This document shows positions 1 through 14,048 of a DNA stretch of 64,000 nt, piece by piece (the stretch's first letter is position 1; every line of letters starts with the position of its first letter). The stretch is from Podarcis cretensis (lineage: Eukaryota). A program made the position numbers and the translations under genes. The stretch is taken from the NCBI GenBank assembly GCA_951804945.1, contig OX638149.1, positions 74,834,001-74,898,000 of the forward strand, in the 5' to 3' direction. Under the pieces are notes generated by a model. It was given only the letters and a program-made list of their open reading frames with translations, made no database searches and was not told where the DNA came from.

Positions 1-165
1 AGCAAATGCTGGCTTGTGTTTGCTCTATTTCAGATCCAGGTCTGAGGTCTAAACAAGTCACAGCTGGTTGCTTTTGGTAGTAAGAGCAAAGCAGAAGTGG
101 AAGAGCCTAGCCTTCCACAAATGAAGGAAAGAGGAAGATGGAGTACATGTGCTCCTATAAATATA

Positions 166-378
166 AAAGGTAAAGGTACCCCTGCCCGTACGGGCCAGTC
201 TTGACAGACTCTGGGGTTGTGCGCCCATCTCACTTAAGAGGCCAGGGCCAGCGCTGTCCGGAGACACTTCCGGGTCACGTGGCCAGCGTGACATCGCTGC
301 TCTGGCGAGCCAGAGCCGCACACGGAAACGCCGTTTACCTTCCCGCTGGTAAGCGGTCCCTATTTATCTACTTGCACC
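166..378 (-). mobile_element. Sauria SINE, 5'-truncated copy
   Basis: (ACCTTT)n tail on minus strand; near-identical to 10956-11174. Confidence 0.85.
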
Positions 379-556
379 TGGATATACTATACTTTAAAAT
401 GGTTAGCCTCTAAATGTTTACATTATTTTCATCATCGGAATAGATTCCCTTATTTGCATTACTGAAATGCCTCTACCATTTCCAAAAAAATAACCCAGTA
501 CTGTAGCGCAAAACAGTAATCCAACTTGTTTCAAATACATAAATAACTGTTCTCAC

Positions 557-621
557 CTTGTAGCTACAGCAACGTAGTCCTCATCATGTAAACAAAAGGC
601 AATGCGGGAAATGGCACCTTC
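557..621 (-). CDS. HPS5: HPS5 coding exon 3 (65 nt)
   Basis: ggtag|GAAGGT...ACAAG|gtgaga; EGAISRIAFCLHDEDYVAVAT. Confidence 0.92.
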
Positions 622-924
622 CTACCAGGAGATAAAGCAGATTTGTCCTATTAATATTTAGTGCCCCAGCAAAGCCTGATTTGTAGCTGTTATGCATTTT
701 TTTTCATATTCATTGCCCACTCCCTACCTGATTTTTGACATATGAAAGAAGGAAGCAAAAATAAAAATCGGAGTCTGTTCTAGGTGGACTATCCCTTTAT
801 CTCACCAACTGCCCTGTGGGAAGGATTCCGGTGACTTAATGCTTTGAGACTGAGATTGATAGTATGATTGTATTAATGCATTTTCACTTTTGTTACTTAT
901 AAGCTACCTTATTAGGCTGAATAT

Positions 925-1190
925 AAGAGGTCTGGATGGTGGCAAACTGAAAACAGGCCGTTTCTGCAGTGACTTCTAGTTTGTGGAATGCTCTCCACAG
1001 GGATGCGCACCTGGCGTCTTCATTATATATCCTTAAACACTGGGCAAAAACATTCTGGTTCTTCCAAACATTTGGCTAATGGCCTTTAGAACTGAGGAGG
1101 GGTTTTTTGTTATTATGGTATGTATTTTTGTGTTTATATGTTGTAAACCGCCCTGTGATCTTTGGGTGAAGAATGGTAAAAAATAATAAT
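925..1190 (+). mobile_element. Diverged L2-like LINE 3' end
   Basis: tgtggaatgctctcc...aaaacatt...tgtaaaccgccctgtgatc...aaaaataataat pattern typical of squamate L2 tails. Confidence 0.55.
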
Positions 1191-1567
1191 TTAGCTTTAA
1201 TGTCTTATTGGTCTTCTTGATCTGATTTCTGCATTAGCTACAATTCACATTTTAGAAGATTTTCTTAGTCATCTAAGGCCTGAAAGAGCAGCTGAAAAGA
1301 CTTGGGGCAATATCCAACTAGCTCACACTCAAGAGTAGATCACTGAAATCAAGGCGCTTAAGGCCATTAATTGCAGTGGCTCTGCTCCAAGTATGACGTG
1401 GCTAAGTATCATTCTAAATTTTGTAAATGAGATACAAAATTGTATCTAAAATAAAAAAAACTTTATTTTTTATTGTGGTATGCTTTAATGAAACAACTTT
1501 CTCAGTGTCTGCAAATAACATTTCATTCTTAGCCTGAGGTTTCTTAGAAGCATTCCTTCAATCTTAC

Positions 1568-1678
1568 CTTATGAGTGAGAAAAAGTCTCTGTTTCCGGCT
1601 ATCTTTCTGGATTAGATTCAGTCCTCCACCAGAACTACCTAGCGCCAACCATTTTTGAGAAACTGCTATACATGTGCA
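1568..1678 (-). CDS. HPS5: HPS5 coding exon 2 (111 nt)
   Basis: ttttctaag|TGCACA...CATAAG|gtaaga; [25 protein letters not shown]. Confidence 0.93.
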
Positions 1679-2382
1679 CTTAGAAAAGAGAAAAAGGATA
1701 GCGTTAAAAACCAGCTGGTTGCTGTAAGAAAATACATTAATGATACTTGTTTTATTTTCAGTTCTACTGAGGAAGAAAAAAAATTATCATGGAATGGGGA
1801 CTCTATTTCACTCTTACTACTGATCCATTATAATAGCAAATGTGTCAAAAATGTCTTGCTATGAACTGCTTAGCATGACAGCAACAAGGTGTTGTCTCTC
1901 CTGTAAAGAAATATAAACCACTTACAAATTTCTGTTGATATTTGTAGTGGTATCTAACTAAATGAAAGAGGCCTCTCCTTGCGCCCTTAGAATTACAGAG
2001 TATAGCTAACAGTGCCCTAAATTATACTCTCCAGTACCAACTCTTGCATATTACAGTACCAACTCTTGCATATTTTCCTTCTACTTAATAAAATAATTTG
2101 TGAAATCCATTAAACAGATAAAATCTTCTCTTCAAAAATAAGCAGAAAGTTTTACCATCAGGTTCTCCCCACATTCAGAATATTATCTTCTTAACATTTG
2201 TCTTTTAGTTGTCTTTATGATTGAGAGCTCCTGCTTTAGCCTCAAAGCTTCTTGTAAAATTTTCTGCCAGTGGATGTCTACAGTTTCCACCTTGGAATGT
2301 ATGCTATGAACTACAAGTACATGGTATTTCTAAATGCTGTTAAGCAGATATCAACATTATAGCAATTATGACTTGAACACAC

Positions 2383-2496
2383 CTTCAGACGATTAGAATC
2401 CAGCCTGAGAGCAGAAAGGAGTGGACTGAGGCACTCAAACTCTGCCAATACATGGCTGCAAGATTCAGGTACCACAGGCATAGACATCACTGGCAT
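2383..2496 (-). CDS. HPS5: HPS5 first coding exon (exon acceptor at 2550; exact start Met uncertain among three nearby ATGs)
   Basis: [32 protein letters not shown]; donor AAG|GT at 2383/2382. Confidence 0.9.
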
Positions 2497-3252
2497 GAAA
2501 GATACAACAGTCTCTCAAAAGTTTGTTATTGTTTCATTTTCCAGCTCCACCTATCAAAATGAAATATAAAAATGTGAAATACAACTTCTTCACTTGTTAC
2601 AACATTTGGATTCCTATACATTTATTTCTTCTGTGAAGGTACATAATTTAACATTGCTAATACTTCTATGATAGGGCAAATAAACTGAACGATAGACAAA
2701 TGGATATCAGTTACACAACTACTAATTAGCTGACTGATTCAGAACTGGTAAGAATATTGAACCCTTCAGCTTTCTGTAGCTTCAGTTCCAGATTGAACTG
2801 AATCAGGGGAACTGAATTCAGGGGAACTCACTTCAAACATTCACATAGAAATGGCTGGACTGCACATGCCAAATACAACACAATAATGTACAGTACTTGC
2901 AAATCATCTCATAAGAATTTGGGGTGCACTTTCTATGAGAAAAATGGCCCCAGTACATTGGCATAACCAACAGATATCAGCATCCACCCACAAACCCAGT
3001 TCAAAGATGAAATCCAAAACATGCTCACATACTTGAAAGCAGAACAGTTTATTTAATGTGTTCATTTTTGGTCTTTAAATAGGAAAGATTCAATCATAAC
3101 AAAGAACACACTTTTTTCTTCCAAGCTCTTCTCCAACCCACATAAATTCAATAAGCGATAGAAAAAGGAACCTTCTATTGTCACCATATATGAACCAAAT
3201 GCAAATCATAGCACAACAGAAATGTGGGTGGTTGTTGCCAATTCCATACAAG

Positions 3253-3386
3253 CAATGCTTTTTTTCAGGGGGTACTCAAGGTTAAGAAGTACCCGCACCT
3301 CTTTTGTTGTTGTTAAAAAGTGTGGCACTTACTGTAACAACTTCATGGTGAGTACCGGCGCCTATTTTTCTAGGAAAAAAGCACTG
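3253..3386. mobile_element. Non-autonomous hAT-like MITE
   Basis: TIR caatgctttttttc / gaaaaaagcactg, perfect 8-bp TSD catacaag. Confidence 0.85.
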
Positions 3387-3729
3387 CATACAAGTCATTA
3401 CTTTTGTACCAGACCTGCGGTCCGAAAAAGTAACTGGGATTTGAAGCATGGACGCTCCAACTCCGTGCCAGGGAAAATTCATCTCCTTATGATGTGCCCC
3501 ATTGACCCAAAGCACTTCTGAAAGGATTGCCTCCCCACCCCCAAAAAAGAGATCAGTCACGTATGGATAAGGAAGCGGACTCTGCACCCAAAACACACTT
3601 TGGTCCAACCTTATGAGAGCCTAAGAACACCATGTAAAGCCATTTGCTAGGGACAAGATTTGGGGATGGCGCCCAAGGCCAAAAGATCGCAAGGCAAATA
3701 ACGTCAGAGGGAAGAAATAAGGACTGAGC

Positions 3730-4830
3730 TTCAGCGGAAGGCCCCAAACCGAAACCCCTCAGCCGCCTCGGCACACCTGGCAGCAGAGCAGCACGCGGGG
3801 CACCTGCGGAGCCCTCTCCCCTTCCAACCCTCCCCCGGGGAAAGGAGGGGGCGGGATAACAAACGCCCACCTGAGGGACAATAATGCCGCAGCCGGGAAG
3901 TCGGCTTCGGGAGTGCGGTTCGCCTCAGCTCCCGCCTACAGGTCGGCTTTCCCCGCCAGCCCCACCCGCCTGTCAGCTGCTCGGCTCTTCTGCCTGGCCT
4001 GCCCCGCCTCCAAACACAACGCAGCGCGCGTGACTTCACCGCCCCTTCAACCCGCCCGCCCCTTAGCAGGCGTCATCCAAATGCGGCTGGCAGTTGCGTC
4101 ACGCCGTCTCGCTCCCTCCGCGTCACGTGACGGCCACGCTCGCTCGGCCCTCCCCTTCCTCCCCCCCCTTCGGACCGTTGCTGAGGCAAGAGCCCCCTCC
4201 CCCCTCAGCGCGGCGGCGCCGGCGACCTAGAACGCACACGCGGCACGTACGGAATGGCGGACGGGCGGGGCAAGGAACGGGTTCCTCACATCTGCAAGAC
4301 CCGGTGGCGGACTCGTAAGGAATGAGACGAGAGTAACTGCCTTGTTATTGTTTCGTCGTCATCCTCCCCCTTCCCCCCCCACCCTTCCTTCAGGACAGTG
4401 TCATGGCCGCGGTGGGGCGGGCAGGCCTTCACATGACCAGGGAAGCGTCCAGGTGGCTGACGGGCACCGTCACGTGACGTGGGTAAGTGGCGCGGCGGCG
4501 GGAGTAGTAGTCTCCTTTTGTCACGTGATGCGGTCTGGCTTCTGCCGTGCGTGAGCTAACTGTTTCCGGTCACGTGTGCCTTCTCTGCCGAGCTCCTTGG
4601 CCGCCCCATGGCCCAGGAGGAGGCGGCGGCGGCGTTGCGAGACCTTCAAGCCGGGAGCGAGGCGGCGTTGGCGCTCCGTGCTGTTCGCCTTTGGAAGTGA
4701 GGGCTTCAGTGTATGCTGCCAAGATCAGGAGGAGCGAGGAGTGAAAGTCCAGGGCCTCGGTAGTTACCCCTCACGGTAGGGGGCCTGACGGATTCAACGG
4801 TTCCGGGTTCGGAGGCCCGTCTCACTAGTT
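3730..4830. promoter_or_regulatory. CpG island / bidirectional promoter of HPS5 and GTF2H1 with CLEAR/E-box cluster
   Basis: GC- and CpG-rich between divergent genes. GTCACGTGAC at 4122-4131 and 4469-4478, GTCACGTGAT 4520-4529, GTCACGTG 4569-4576. Candidate non-coding first-exon donors at 3871 (minus) and 4482 or 4775 (plus). Confidence 0.85.
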
Positions 4831-5466
4831 TTTGCTTCTTCGGAAGCGGGTAATGAATCTTTAATACTGGTCTGGGTTTCCTCTCTTCATGAAAGCCTGC
4901 TTATTACAAGGCCATAGGATGTGGATATAGTTGCGCATGGCGAGGAAGCATGGGTTGCCCCCCCCTCTTTCGTACCTGTCAGTCCTTCCAATTAATATTT
5001 GTTTTTACCTCTACTTTAGGAAGTACTGTGGTATATCTTTACAGAGCAGCAAAGTTTTGTTTTGAGTCTGTGTATGTTTGCTTTTCGTGCTTTTTAATCT
5101 TTTATTCTAAAACTGTGCTATAAGTGCAGTGGAAGGATTGGCTAACAACTTGGAAGGGGTGGTGTGGGAGAGGGCTAGTGCAGTTTTGGAATGCTGAAGC
5201 TTTTCTTCCAGAAACTAGGGCCTAGAAATGTGGAAGGCAGAGTCTTCTGAATGAATAGAAGTATTGTTTAGATGTTGGAAGATGCATGTGCATGAGTTCT
5301 GCTTTGCTGATAGTACAATACAAATAACCTTTAAAAACCCACATTACTGTTTCCTGTAATATTATATTGCTAAGTTCTCGATGGCACAAAAAATCATGTG
5401 CAGGCACACTTTTAAAATGCAGAGTAAAGAAAGTGCTTGGTGTTTCTATTACAGGGTTCTTTAGTG

Positions 5467-5602
5467 CAGGCATCTCCAACCTTTGGCCCTCCAGATGTTT
5501 TGGACTACAATTCCCATCATCCCTGACCACTGGTCCTGTTCGTTAGGGATCATGGGAGTTGTAGGCCAAAACATCTGGAGGGCCGCAGGTTGGGGATGCC
5601 TG
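5467..5602. mobile_element. Palindromic ~135-bp hAT-like MITE
   Basis: Long inverted arms, perfect 8-bp TSD ctttagtg. Confidence 0.88.
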
Positions 5603-8503
5603 CTTTAGTGCATTACAGCTGAATGCCTGAAACAAAACATTTGACGTTTTAACACAATTTGAGAGAGGCACACAACTCTCTTCTAAATTAGTACGTATAT
5701 CCTATTTGTCAATGGGTAGTACTTTGATTTACCAAGCTTTAGTAGGTAGGCTGTGTAGGGAATTGGTGAGATAACACTGATGTGATTATTCCTTCAGTTG
5801 TGAGTTCCTTCAATAATGTGAAAGAAAACTTAATGGACTGGAGGAGAAAACTTTGATTTGGAAGCTGGGTTATGTTACCACGTTAGTCAATTAGATAGTG
5901 TTTTATGCAAAAGTCAGTACTGTACATGCATGCTTCTCTGAACATACATTGGAGACAGTAGGAACAAATCTCTGATGAAAGTTAAGAATGAGTTTGATAG
6001 TCCTTTATTATCTTCCTGTTGAAAGAATACACACAGCTGCAATCGGCTTTCCCCCAGCTCTGTGAATGCTTTACAAAATAAAATTAATTACATTTACCCA
6101 TCTATACAAAATTTCTGAGTGTTTGATAACTGGTAGTTTTTTAATACTGAGTGACAACTTGAGCTAAGCACTCTTTTACAACCAGATAGGCAAAAAGCTT
6201 GTGCCATTCTAACATTAGCAGAAGAAGGCTGGGCAATAATGACTTCGTCCAAGGTGAGGGTTGGTTTTTTTTCCCTTAGTAGGACTTCTGTTTACATCTC
6301 TATCCAGTTTACATCATCTAAAAATAATTTTGCCACAGGCAAAACAAAGACACTGTGTATATTTCATTGTGTCTGTGATGGTTCTTTGGAGTCTATACAG
6401 ACAGCAGGATAGACATGTTCATCGTGTGGCAATATAAATGAGATGCATTCAGTTTCTTACCTTTGGTTAGTTGAAGTATAATGTTTTGTCTTTCAAAACC
6501 ATAGCTTAGAAGATTGAAAATAAGACTGGCTCATGTGTTCTGCATCCAAAGCAAACAGAAGAATTCAAGCCCACTTTAGACCTTGAATAATAGGGGTTGT
6601 GTGAGTGTTCCACTGCAGAAACAGAAATCCTTGAACTAACAGAACTACTTCATTGTCTATTGCCAGCTGTTCTAAGCAGTCATAATATGAGTATATTAAC
6701 TAATATGCTAATGTTGTATGGATTAATAGAGCAGTTCTAAAGTTGGAAGTATTTCCTGTTCAAGCAGTAAACCTTAAACTGACTGACCTTTTTCCTAGGG
6801 CAGTATAAAAAGCCATACAGTACTAGTCCAGCACAAAAAGGATATCCATGCAAGATATTGAACTTGGCCAAACCAACCTTCAGAAACCTTTTATTGAAAT
6901 ATAAGCTAGGCTAGTTATTAAAAGTAGTCTTTGCTTTTTGTGCTATTAGTGTTCATTTAATTTAGGAAGAATTAGTCTTCTCTGGTGTTCTATCATAGTT
7001 CTAACAGCATTTGCTTGTGAAGTGTTTGGCTGAAAATTGCATTATGAATATATGCAATACTCATTAAGTGGAGCCCAGAGATTGGAGCATATTACTATGA
7101 TCTTGTGTTAACTGAAGGGGCTGCCTATTTGCTTCTGGGTTCAGTTTAAAGTGCTGGTTCTAGCCTTTAACCAAATGATTTGCTGGGACCTAGTTTTTTG
7201 GGTTTTTTTTAAACAAAATTTATATACCACTTGATTGTAGTAAAACCTCTAAGTGGCTTACAAGAAATATTAAAATTATCAGTAAAAAACTATTTAAAAC
7301 AATTAAGAACTTTTAAAAATAAGTAAATGTAACAAAGAAAGTTTAATTGTTGGTTATTTCAGGAACTGCCTACACCTGTGAGCCTCTCTTTTAAGATTTC
7401 TGAAATATCTTTAAAACCAACAACCCTGTCAAATTTGCCACTTATTAATTACGTGTTTCCACTTCTCTATAGTGTGTAGTGAAACATAGCTGTGTTTCCA
7501 TATCTTCACATTGTTTATTTCCCTGCCCGCATCCCACCAGAAGCAATCAACAGTGTGAAGGAGGCATGGGGAAATGCAAGGTGTGATTACACCAGGAAAT
7601 TGGAGATGGGAACTTGACATGTGGTTGCCACACTCAGACTTGTGTTTATTGTAACCTACTCAGCCCCATTCAGGGCAGATTTTAATCTGCAGCACTTGCC
7701 AACTAATCAGTTAAAGCTTGATGCTTTTATTTGAGGGGTGGCAGAATTACTAATCCCTATCTCTTTTTTTGAAGACTAGTATCTGGAATATGCAGGACCC
7801 AGTGAAATTGAGTTAGAATCAGTTTTCAAATAATTGCATCCTCCCTGCAGGTCTCCTCAGGGAAGTCTGTGCAAGGACCCTGGACCTGCCGGAGAGAATT
7901 TATGGGTTTGCAGGGTTTTAGGTAGTTTTTAATCAACACAGCTCTTATGATGTTAGCAATTGAAAGTGCAGCTTTTAATGTGATTCAGTAACAGGAAGAC
8001 CTACATGCTACTATAGCAGACCAATTTGCTATAGTGGAAGAGAATTCCCTGATGCCCAACAGGACTTTTCCTTACTGTTCTTTCCACCAGCAATGCATGC
8101 ATACACTTAAAATCTTCTCTTGATGATTGGAGGAGCCTTATTTGGTGGGCAGCAGAGGGGGAAAAGGGAAAGAAAGTCCTATTGTGTGAGTAGAATTCCA
8201 TTCAGACATCATCAAATGCAATCTGGTTTTTTTGCATCCAAAATCTTAAATTTGTCTGCTCCACTTCCAGTCTGGAGAATAGAAGATTATCTTTCATTTT
8301 TCATGATTCAGAAAACAAAATGCACAAATAAGAGTAAAATGTAAACTCTTTGACCACTTTACAACCTGTATCTATGTGATAGCCTGTTCCTTGAATTTTC
8401 AAATATAATTCATACTGGTGAGAGCTTGGGCTTGTCTTGTTCTGCCTTCTGGCAGGGAAAACAAAACAAAGGGAGGTGGAAGATGCTGGTGTCAGAAGAC
8501 TTA

Positions 8504-8626
8504 CCATATTTTTTTGTGTATAAGATGCCCCCTACTTTTGGGGACCCCAAATTTAGAAAATGGACATGATTTTTAACCTTAGTTTAAAGTAAAAAAAAAC
8601 CTAGTCTTATACACGGAAAAGTACAG
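8504..8626. mobile_element. Tc1/mariner (Tigger-like) MITE
   Basis: TA-flanked; ccatattttttt..gtgtataaga / tcttatacacggaaaagtacag inverted ends. Confidence 0.7.
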
Positions 8627-9148
8627 TATGTGCCTATAATCAGTATTTTTGTTTAATTCCTGGGTCATTATATTCATTGGTAGAAACAATAAACAATTCA
8701 CTGCTCATTTGACAATGGGCTATTAGTTCCCCCCCCCAAAAAAAAATTGCCTGATGAATGGCTGCAAGCCAGTTAAGTGCATTAACAGCAACCAGCAATG
8801 AATCTCCTATTTCCAGTGCAAGCCAGGGGCGGGGCGGGGCACACTGGCACCACACCATGGGGGCAGCACTTAGTGTGAGGCCTGAGCCACGCATCTCTCC
8901 TAGGAGTGACATGGTGGCTCAGGCGCCTGCAGGCTCTGTGCTACCCAAAACGGCAGCCGTCTTACAGCTGAGGGGAAGATGGCGGGTGGACTCCTTGGAG
9001 GCTCTGTGCAGCGCACCCTGCCCTGGCTCACCCCACCCCCATGGGTGGCTTGTCCCGGGTGCAGGAGCTGCTAGCTGCCCCACTGGTGGAAGCTTCTAAA
9101 TTGTTAAAGCAAGTGTGAAACTATGGAAAACAAATAATGCTGAAATAA

Positions 9149-9343
<195 letters not shown>

Positions 9344-9789
9344 TGAAATGCCTAACACTTGTTTCATCATGTAACGTTTGGTTGAATATAAATGTTAAAT
9401 GCTTAGCTGTTCAGTTTGAAGAGTTCAGGATGGGGGCTAAATAAACAAACGTCCCTAAACATGTTTGAGTCATCACGCTCATTGGATATTGCATTGTTGT
9501 TTTAGTTTTGAAAAAATAAGACTTGCAGAACTCTAGCTGTTTCTCCACAGCAACCTTATGTGGGGATATTATTTTCTTGGAACCTGCCAACTTTCGCTGC
9601 ACTGGCTAGCATTACTGTCTTACATAACTGCTCCTTACTGTTTGCGATTCTTTTGCTTTCAGAAATGAATTGTCTTTATTGGGAAAAAACCTGTGGGTCT
9701 TCCCAGTGATAAGTGGAATAACATAAATATGGGGAGATGCTGTGATTTATTAATAAGAGTTCATGGCTTGTACATAGGAAGGATTTGAG

Positions 9790-10248
9790 CAGTGGTTTTC
9801 AACCGGTGTGCCATGGCACCCTGGGGTGCCTTGAATGATGGTCAGGCGTGTTGCAGGCAACACTGGCCTCTCTCCCTCTTTCCTTCCCTCCCTCCTCTGA
9901 TGCCCTCTTGTGTCTCTGCCTCCCAAAGGCTTGCACAGCTGTTTGTTGCAGCAGCCCTGGCTATAAGCTCTGGAGGCAAGTGGTGCCTCTGGGAGACACC
10001 TCTCTGGATCAGCGGGGCAGGGGAGAGAGCTCAGAGACCAGGGACGGCAACTTACCGGAGGACTCCCAAGGAGAGGGGAAAGGAGGCTGAGGGAACACTC
10101 TACAAGGGAGGGTGTTTGAAAAAGGATGAGAGGCTGCCAGCTCTGTGAAAGGCGTGACATAACTGGACTCCTGAGCCCCACAGGGGTGCCACAGAAAGAC
10201 TGTAGTTGGTTAAAGGAGCCGTGGACTCAAAAAGGTTGAAAACCTCTG
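9790..10248. mobile_element. Non-autonomous hAT element
   Basis: TIR cagtggttttcaacc / ggttgaaaacctctg; 8-bp TSD gatttgag / gattagag. Confidence 0.82.
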
Positions 10249-10453
10249 GATTAGAGCATGAGCCCCAGGCTGTCCTCTAAAAAGGGATTAGGATAACAGT
10301 GCAGTGAGAGACATCTGTCCATTGAGTGTCAGTCAGGCCTCATTGCTGTTTATGTGAATGGTTGCTGTAAATAGATATTGAATTGAATTGTATGTGCCAC
10401 TCTTCTGTTTTAATCAGTGTTCCAGGTGGTATTAGAAAAGTCATACAAGCTGA

Positions 10454-10714
<261 letters not shown>

Positions 10715-10955
10715 TAAAGAATGTCCCTGTGTCTTTTACTTACAGTGTAAACCAGTTTGGGTAATTTGTTAAACTGTCTTGTAATTGTGCCAGATCCATT
10801 ATGGCTAAGTTATTGGGAGCTCCTGTCCCTAATTGTAACAGTAGCCTGGCTTGATTTCCAGATGCATAGATGTTGTGCGAGTGGAGTGAGGCGTACTCCT
10901 CTAACTTGTCAGAAGTGGAGCTTTTCTTCATAGTTGTTGAGCTGTTGCCATATTA

Positions 10956-11317
10956 AAGGTAAAGGTAAAGGTACCCCTGCCCATACGGGCCAGTCTTGAC
11001 AGACTCTGGGGTTGTGCGCCCATCTCACTCAAGAGGCCAGGGGCCAGCGCTGTCCGGAGACACTTCCGGGTCACGTGGCCAGCGTGACATCGCTGCTCTG
11101 GCGAGCCAGAGCCGCACACGGAAACGCCGTTTACCTTCCCGCTGGTAAGCGGTCCCTATTTATCTACTTGCACCCGGAGGTGCTTTCGAACTGCTAGGTT
11201 GGCAGGCGCTGGGACCGAGCAGCGGGAGCGCACCCCGCCGCAGGGATTCGAACCGCCGACCTTTCGATCGGCAAGTCCTAGGCGCTGAGGCTTTAACCCA
11301 CAGCGCCACCTGCGTCC
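10956..11317 (-). mobile_element. Sauria SINE, full length
   Basis: tRNA-like head with GGTTCGAATCC B box, (ACCTTT)n tail, perfect 12-bp TSD gttgccatatta (10944-10955 / 11318-11329). Confidence 0.92.
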
Positions 11318-12513
11318 GTTGCCATATTAGTAAATAGTAAATTCTGTATTAAGGATATGTATGCTGAAACTGGCATAAAATGAATTGTAGTAGCCTTCAT
11401 TGGGCTATGTTTTACTGATTTAATAAAGTATTAGATGTCATGGAATTGCTTCCATTGAAACGTTCCCAATTAGAACAAGATTTTCTGTCTGCACAGCAGG
11501 ACCTCCTCTCTTACCCACTCCCAAATCTCTACTGGGGGTTCCCCAACTCTCCCGAGCCGATTGAGAGGGGCTCACAAGGAGAGGAAAAAGAAGTCCCATG
11601 GTGCAGATGGAAGTCTTGAATCACTTTAACTGCTCTAACTTGTTCTCCCCAAAAATGGAAGCTCCACAATCCCAAGTGGTAAAAAGCAGCTGTTACGTAA
11701 ACATACACAGAACTTTGCAGTAATTCTATAAAAAGTAGCTGGTTAAGATGGGGAAAACAATACTTTTGAAAAAGATTGTGTGTGTTCCTTCAGAACTTTC
11801 AGTTCTCCAGAATCTAAGGCTTCAATCCTAAGAATCCTAAGCAAACTTACTAAAGAGGGAGCCCCATTGAACACACACATGCTCCTGAGCACATGTGAGG
11901 ATTGCTCTGCACATTTAGGTTTCCTGTGTAGCATAAAAATACTTTCTTTGTAAAAGTAAGTGTTAACATTCTTGATATTTTTTTCATACGTAGGGCTTAC
12001 CTCTAAAAGGAAAAAACATGTTGTTTAATGTTTCTAAAAGTGCAATTACAATTGAAAAAAATGATGGGGTGGTAATCTGATGATGAAAGGAAGCTTTAGT
12101 AAAACAGATAAGGAATCAGTTTTCAGTGATCCACACCTCCCCAGTCTGTCCTGTTGGGTCTTCCAGTCCTCTGTCACAAAGTTGGAAGAGGGGTGCAGGA
12201 CACTGCATGAGACAGTAGGATCACAAAAAAACTGCTTCACTTCCTGTTGTATTAGATAATTTTTTTATATAATTATTTCATATAGTACAGTTGGTTTTGA
12301 ACTGATATACCTCGATTAAAAAAATTTAATTGTATGTGTAGTAATTTTCATGTTTCATGAACTTACCACTTTTGTAAATCAAAATTTGAGTATCAAAACA
12401 GCATAGGTGCCATTTGCTTGTATGTAGCTTGCATATAAACACTAGTTTCTAGAATCCAGTAAGTTATCTTTGGAATTAAACACTTGGAACAATTTTTAAT
12501 CTTCTCTTGCCAG

Positions 12514-12676
12514 AATGCTGCAAGAAGATCCTGTTTTGTTTCAACTTTATAAAGACCTTGTTGTGAGTCAGGTGATCAGTGCTGAGGAGTTCTGGGCCAA
12601 CCGTTTAAGCATGAATTCTGTGGACAGTTCTACTGCATCTAATAAGCAGGATGTGGGCATTTCTGCAGCTTTTCTG
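12514..12676 (+). CDS. GTF2H1: GTF2H1 coding exon 3
   Basis: [30 protein letters not shown]...GISAAFL. Confidence 0.96.
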
Positions 12677-13124
12677 GTATGTTTACTGAGGGTTTCTTAA
12701 TCTAAAAATATTTTTAGTCTTCTTTTAAGGGTAAAAGTTCTCTCAGGGTGACTTACAAGATGAAAGCATACAACAAAACACAATTAATAAAATAAAGTAA
12801 GCGAGAAAAGAGCCCATTTTAAAAAAATTAAAAAGAATAACATAGAAATAAAACCATCAGTACCTCAACAAGAGCAGTTCAAGCAAAGACCAAAGGAAAC
12901 AGGCGTGTTTTCAGAGCTTTCCAATAGACCTGTCACAACAAGGACTGCTGGAATCCAGATGATATTGTATTCTCAAATCTGCTGTCTAGTGGTTGCTAGT
13001 CTTAACTGCTCTCACAGTTGGGCAGGTAAAAACAGCCTGCATTGTGCAAGCAAGCTGATATGGATGCAAGTAACTTGGACTGTTCTTTTAAGGTCACAAG
13101 GGCTGGGGTTTTTTAAGTCACAGT

Positions 13125-13430
13125 GCCAGTTTTTCCAGGCTCAATTCAAGATGCTGTGCTTGTTCTTTAAAGCCTTGAAGAGCCTGGAACTGGAGTGCTT
13201 GAAGGTCTGCCGTCTTTGGCATGAACATACCCATTAATTAAAATGTTCTCTGAAGACCCTTTTTCAGTATACCTGCTTTCATAGATTAGACAAATGGGTC
13301 ATCAAGGAGAGGGTCTTTGTTCTGGTTCCACCTAAGCTTTGGAACTTCTAAAGGCATGTTAGCTTAGCACATTTTTGGAAACTTTCAGGCACTGGGCTAA
13401 GTCTGTCCTGTTCTCTTGGGCTTTTGACAA
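13125..13430 (+). mobile_element. Diverged L2-like LINE fragment
   Basis: caattcaagatgctg...tttaaagccttgaa motif typical of the L2 ORF2 3' region. Confidence 0.5.
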
Positions 13431-13949
13431 TTCAATGATCCTGTCCACATATGTTAAACCATAGTTTAAAACAAACAATAGTGCATGCTGCTCAACAGTT
13501 TCCAGAGCACTCCTGCTGAACCATAAATGAAACAAGCCAGAGTCTCACTTGTTATGTTGCCTGAACCTAGGCCTGTGGTTTGTTTCCGCCAAACAAGCTA
13601 CCATGATGTATAGCCACTCATATTCCTTGAGCCCTCTTTTTTCATATATGCTGATCTAGGAAGTATTAAACACCACAATTGAGTCCAGGTGTGTATGTTA
13701 TCTGCATGGGAGTATAGAAATAAGCCTTGGGCTCATGCCCCCTCTCTCATTATGCTCGAATCTGTAATCAGGACTGAGGCTTACACACGTAGGGTACTAA
13801 CTAGCTGTTTCTCAGTATAGGTTAAGTATTGGACATAAGGATGTGTACAAGCCATTTTGACACATAGTATTGACATAGTTCATTGGTGCCATTTAACAAT
13901 GATTTGCAAAAGTTCAAATAAATTATTGTCAGTATTTATCTTCTTGTAG

Positions 13950-14048
<99 letters not shown>

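Larger units (their letters stand above)
557..2550 (-). other. HPS5: HPS5 (BLOC-2 subunit) gene, 5' coding part; continues off the left edge
   Basis: Three GT-AG exons splice in frame to [96 protein letters not shown], matching the HPS5 N-terminus. Head-to-head with GTF2H1 as in mammals. Confidence 0.95.

Noticed and set aside
2032-2074. Short tandem duplications (22 bp here; similar ones near 2800, 23185 and 40936)
   Set aside because: Two-copy slippage duplications; no array or spacer structure
3553-4779. Multiple overlapping Arg/Pro/Gly-rich ORFs
   Set aside because: Expected stop-codon scarcity in a CpG island; no recognisable domains
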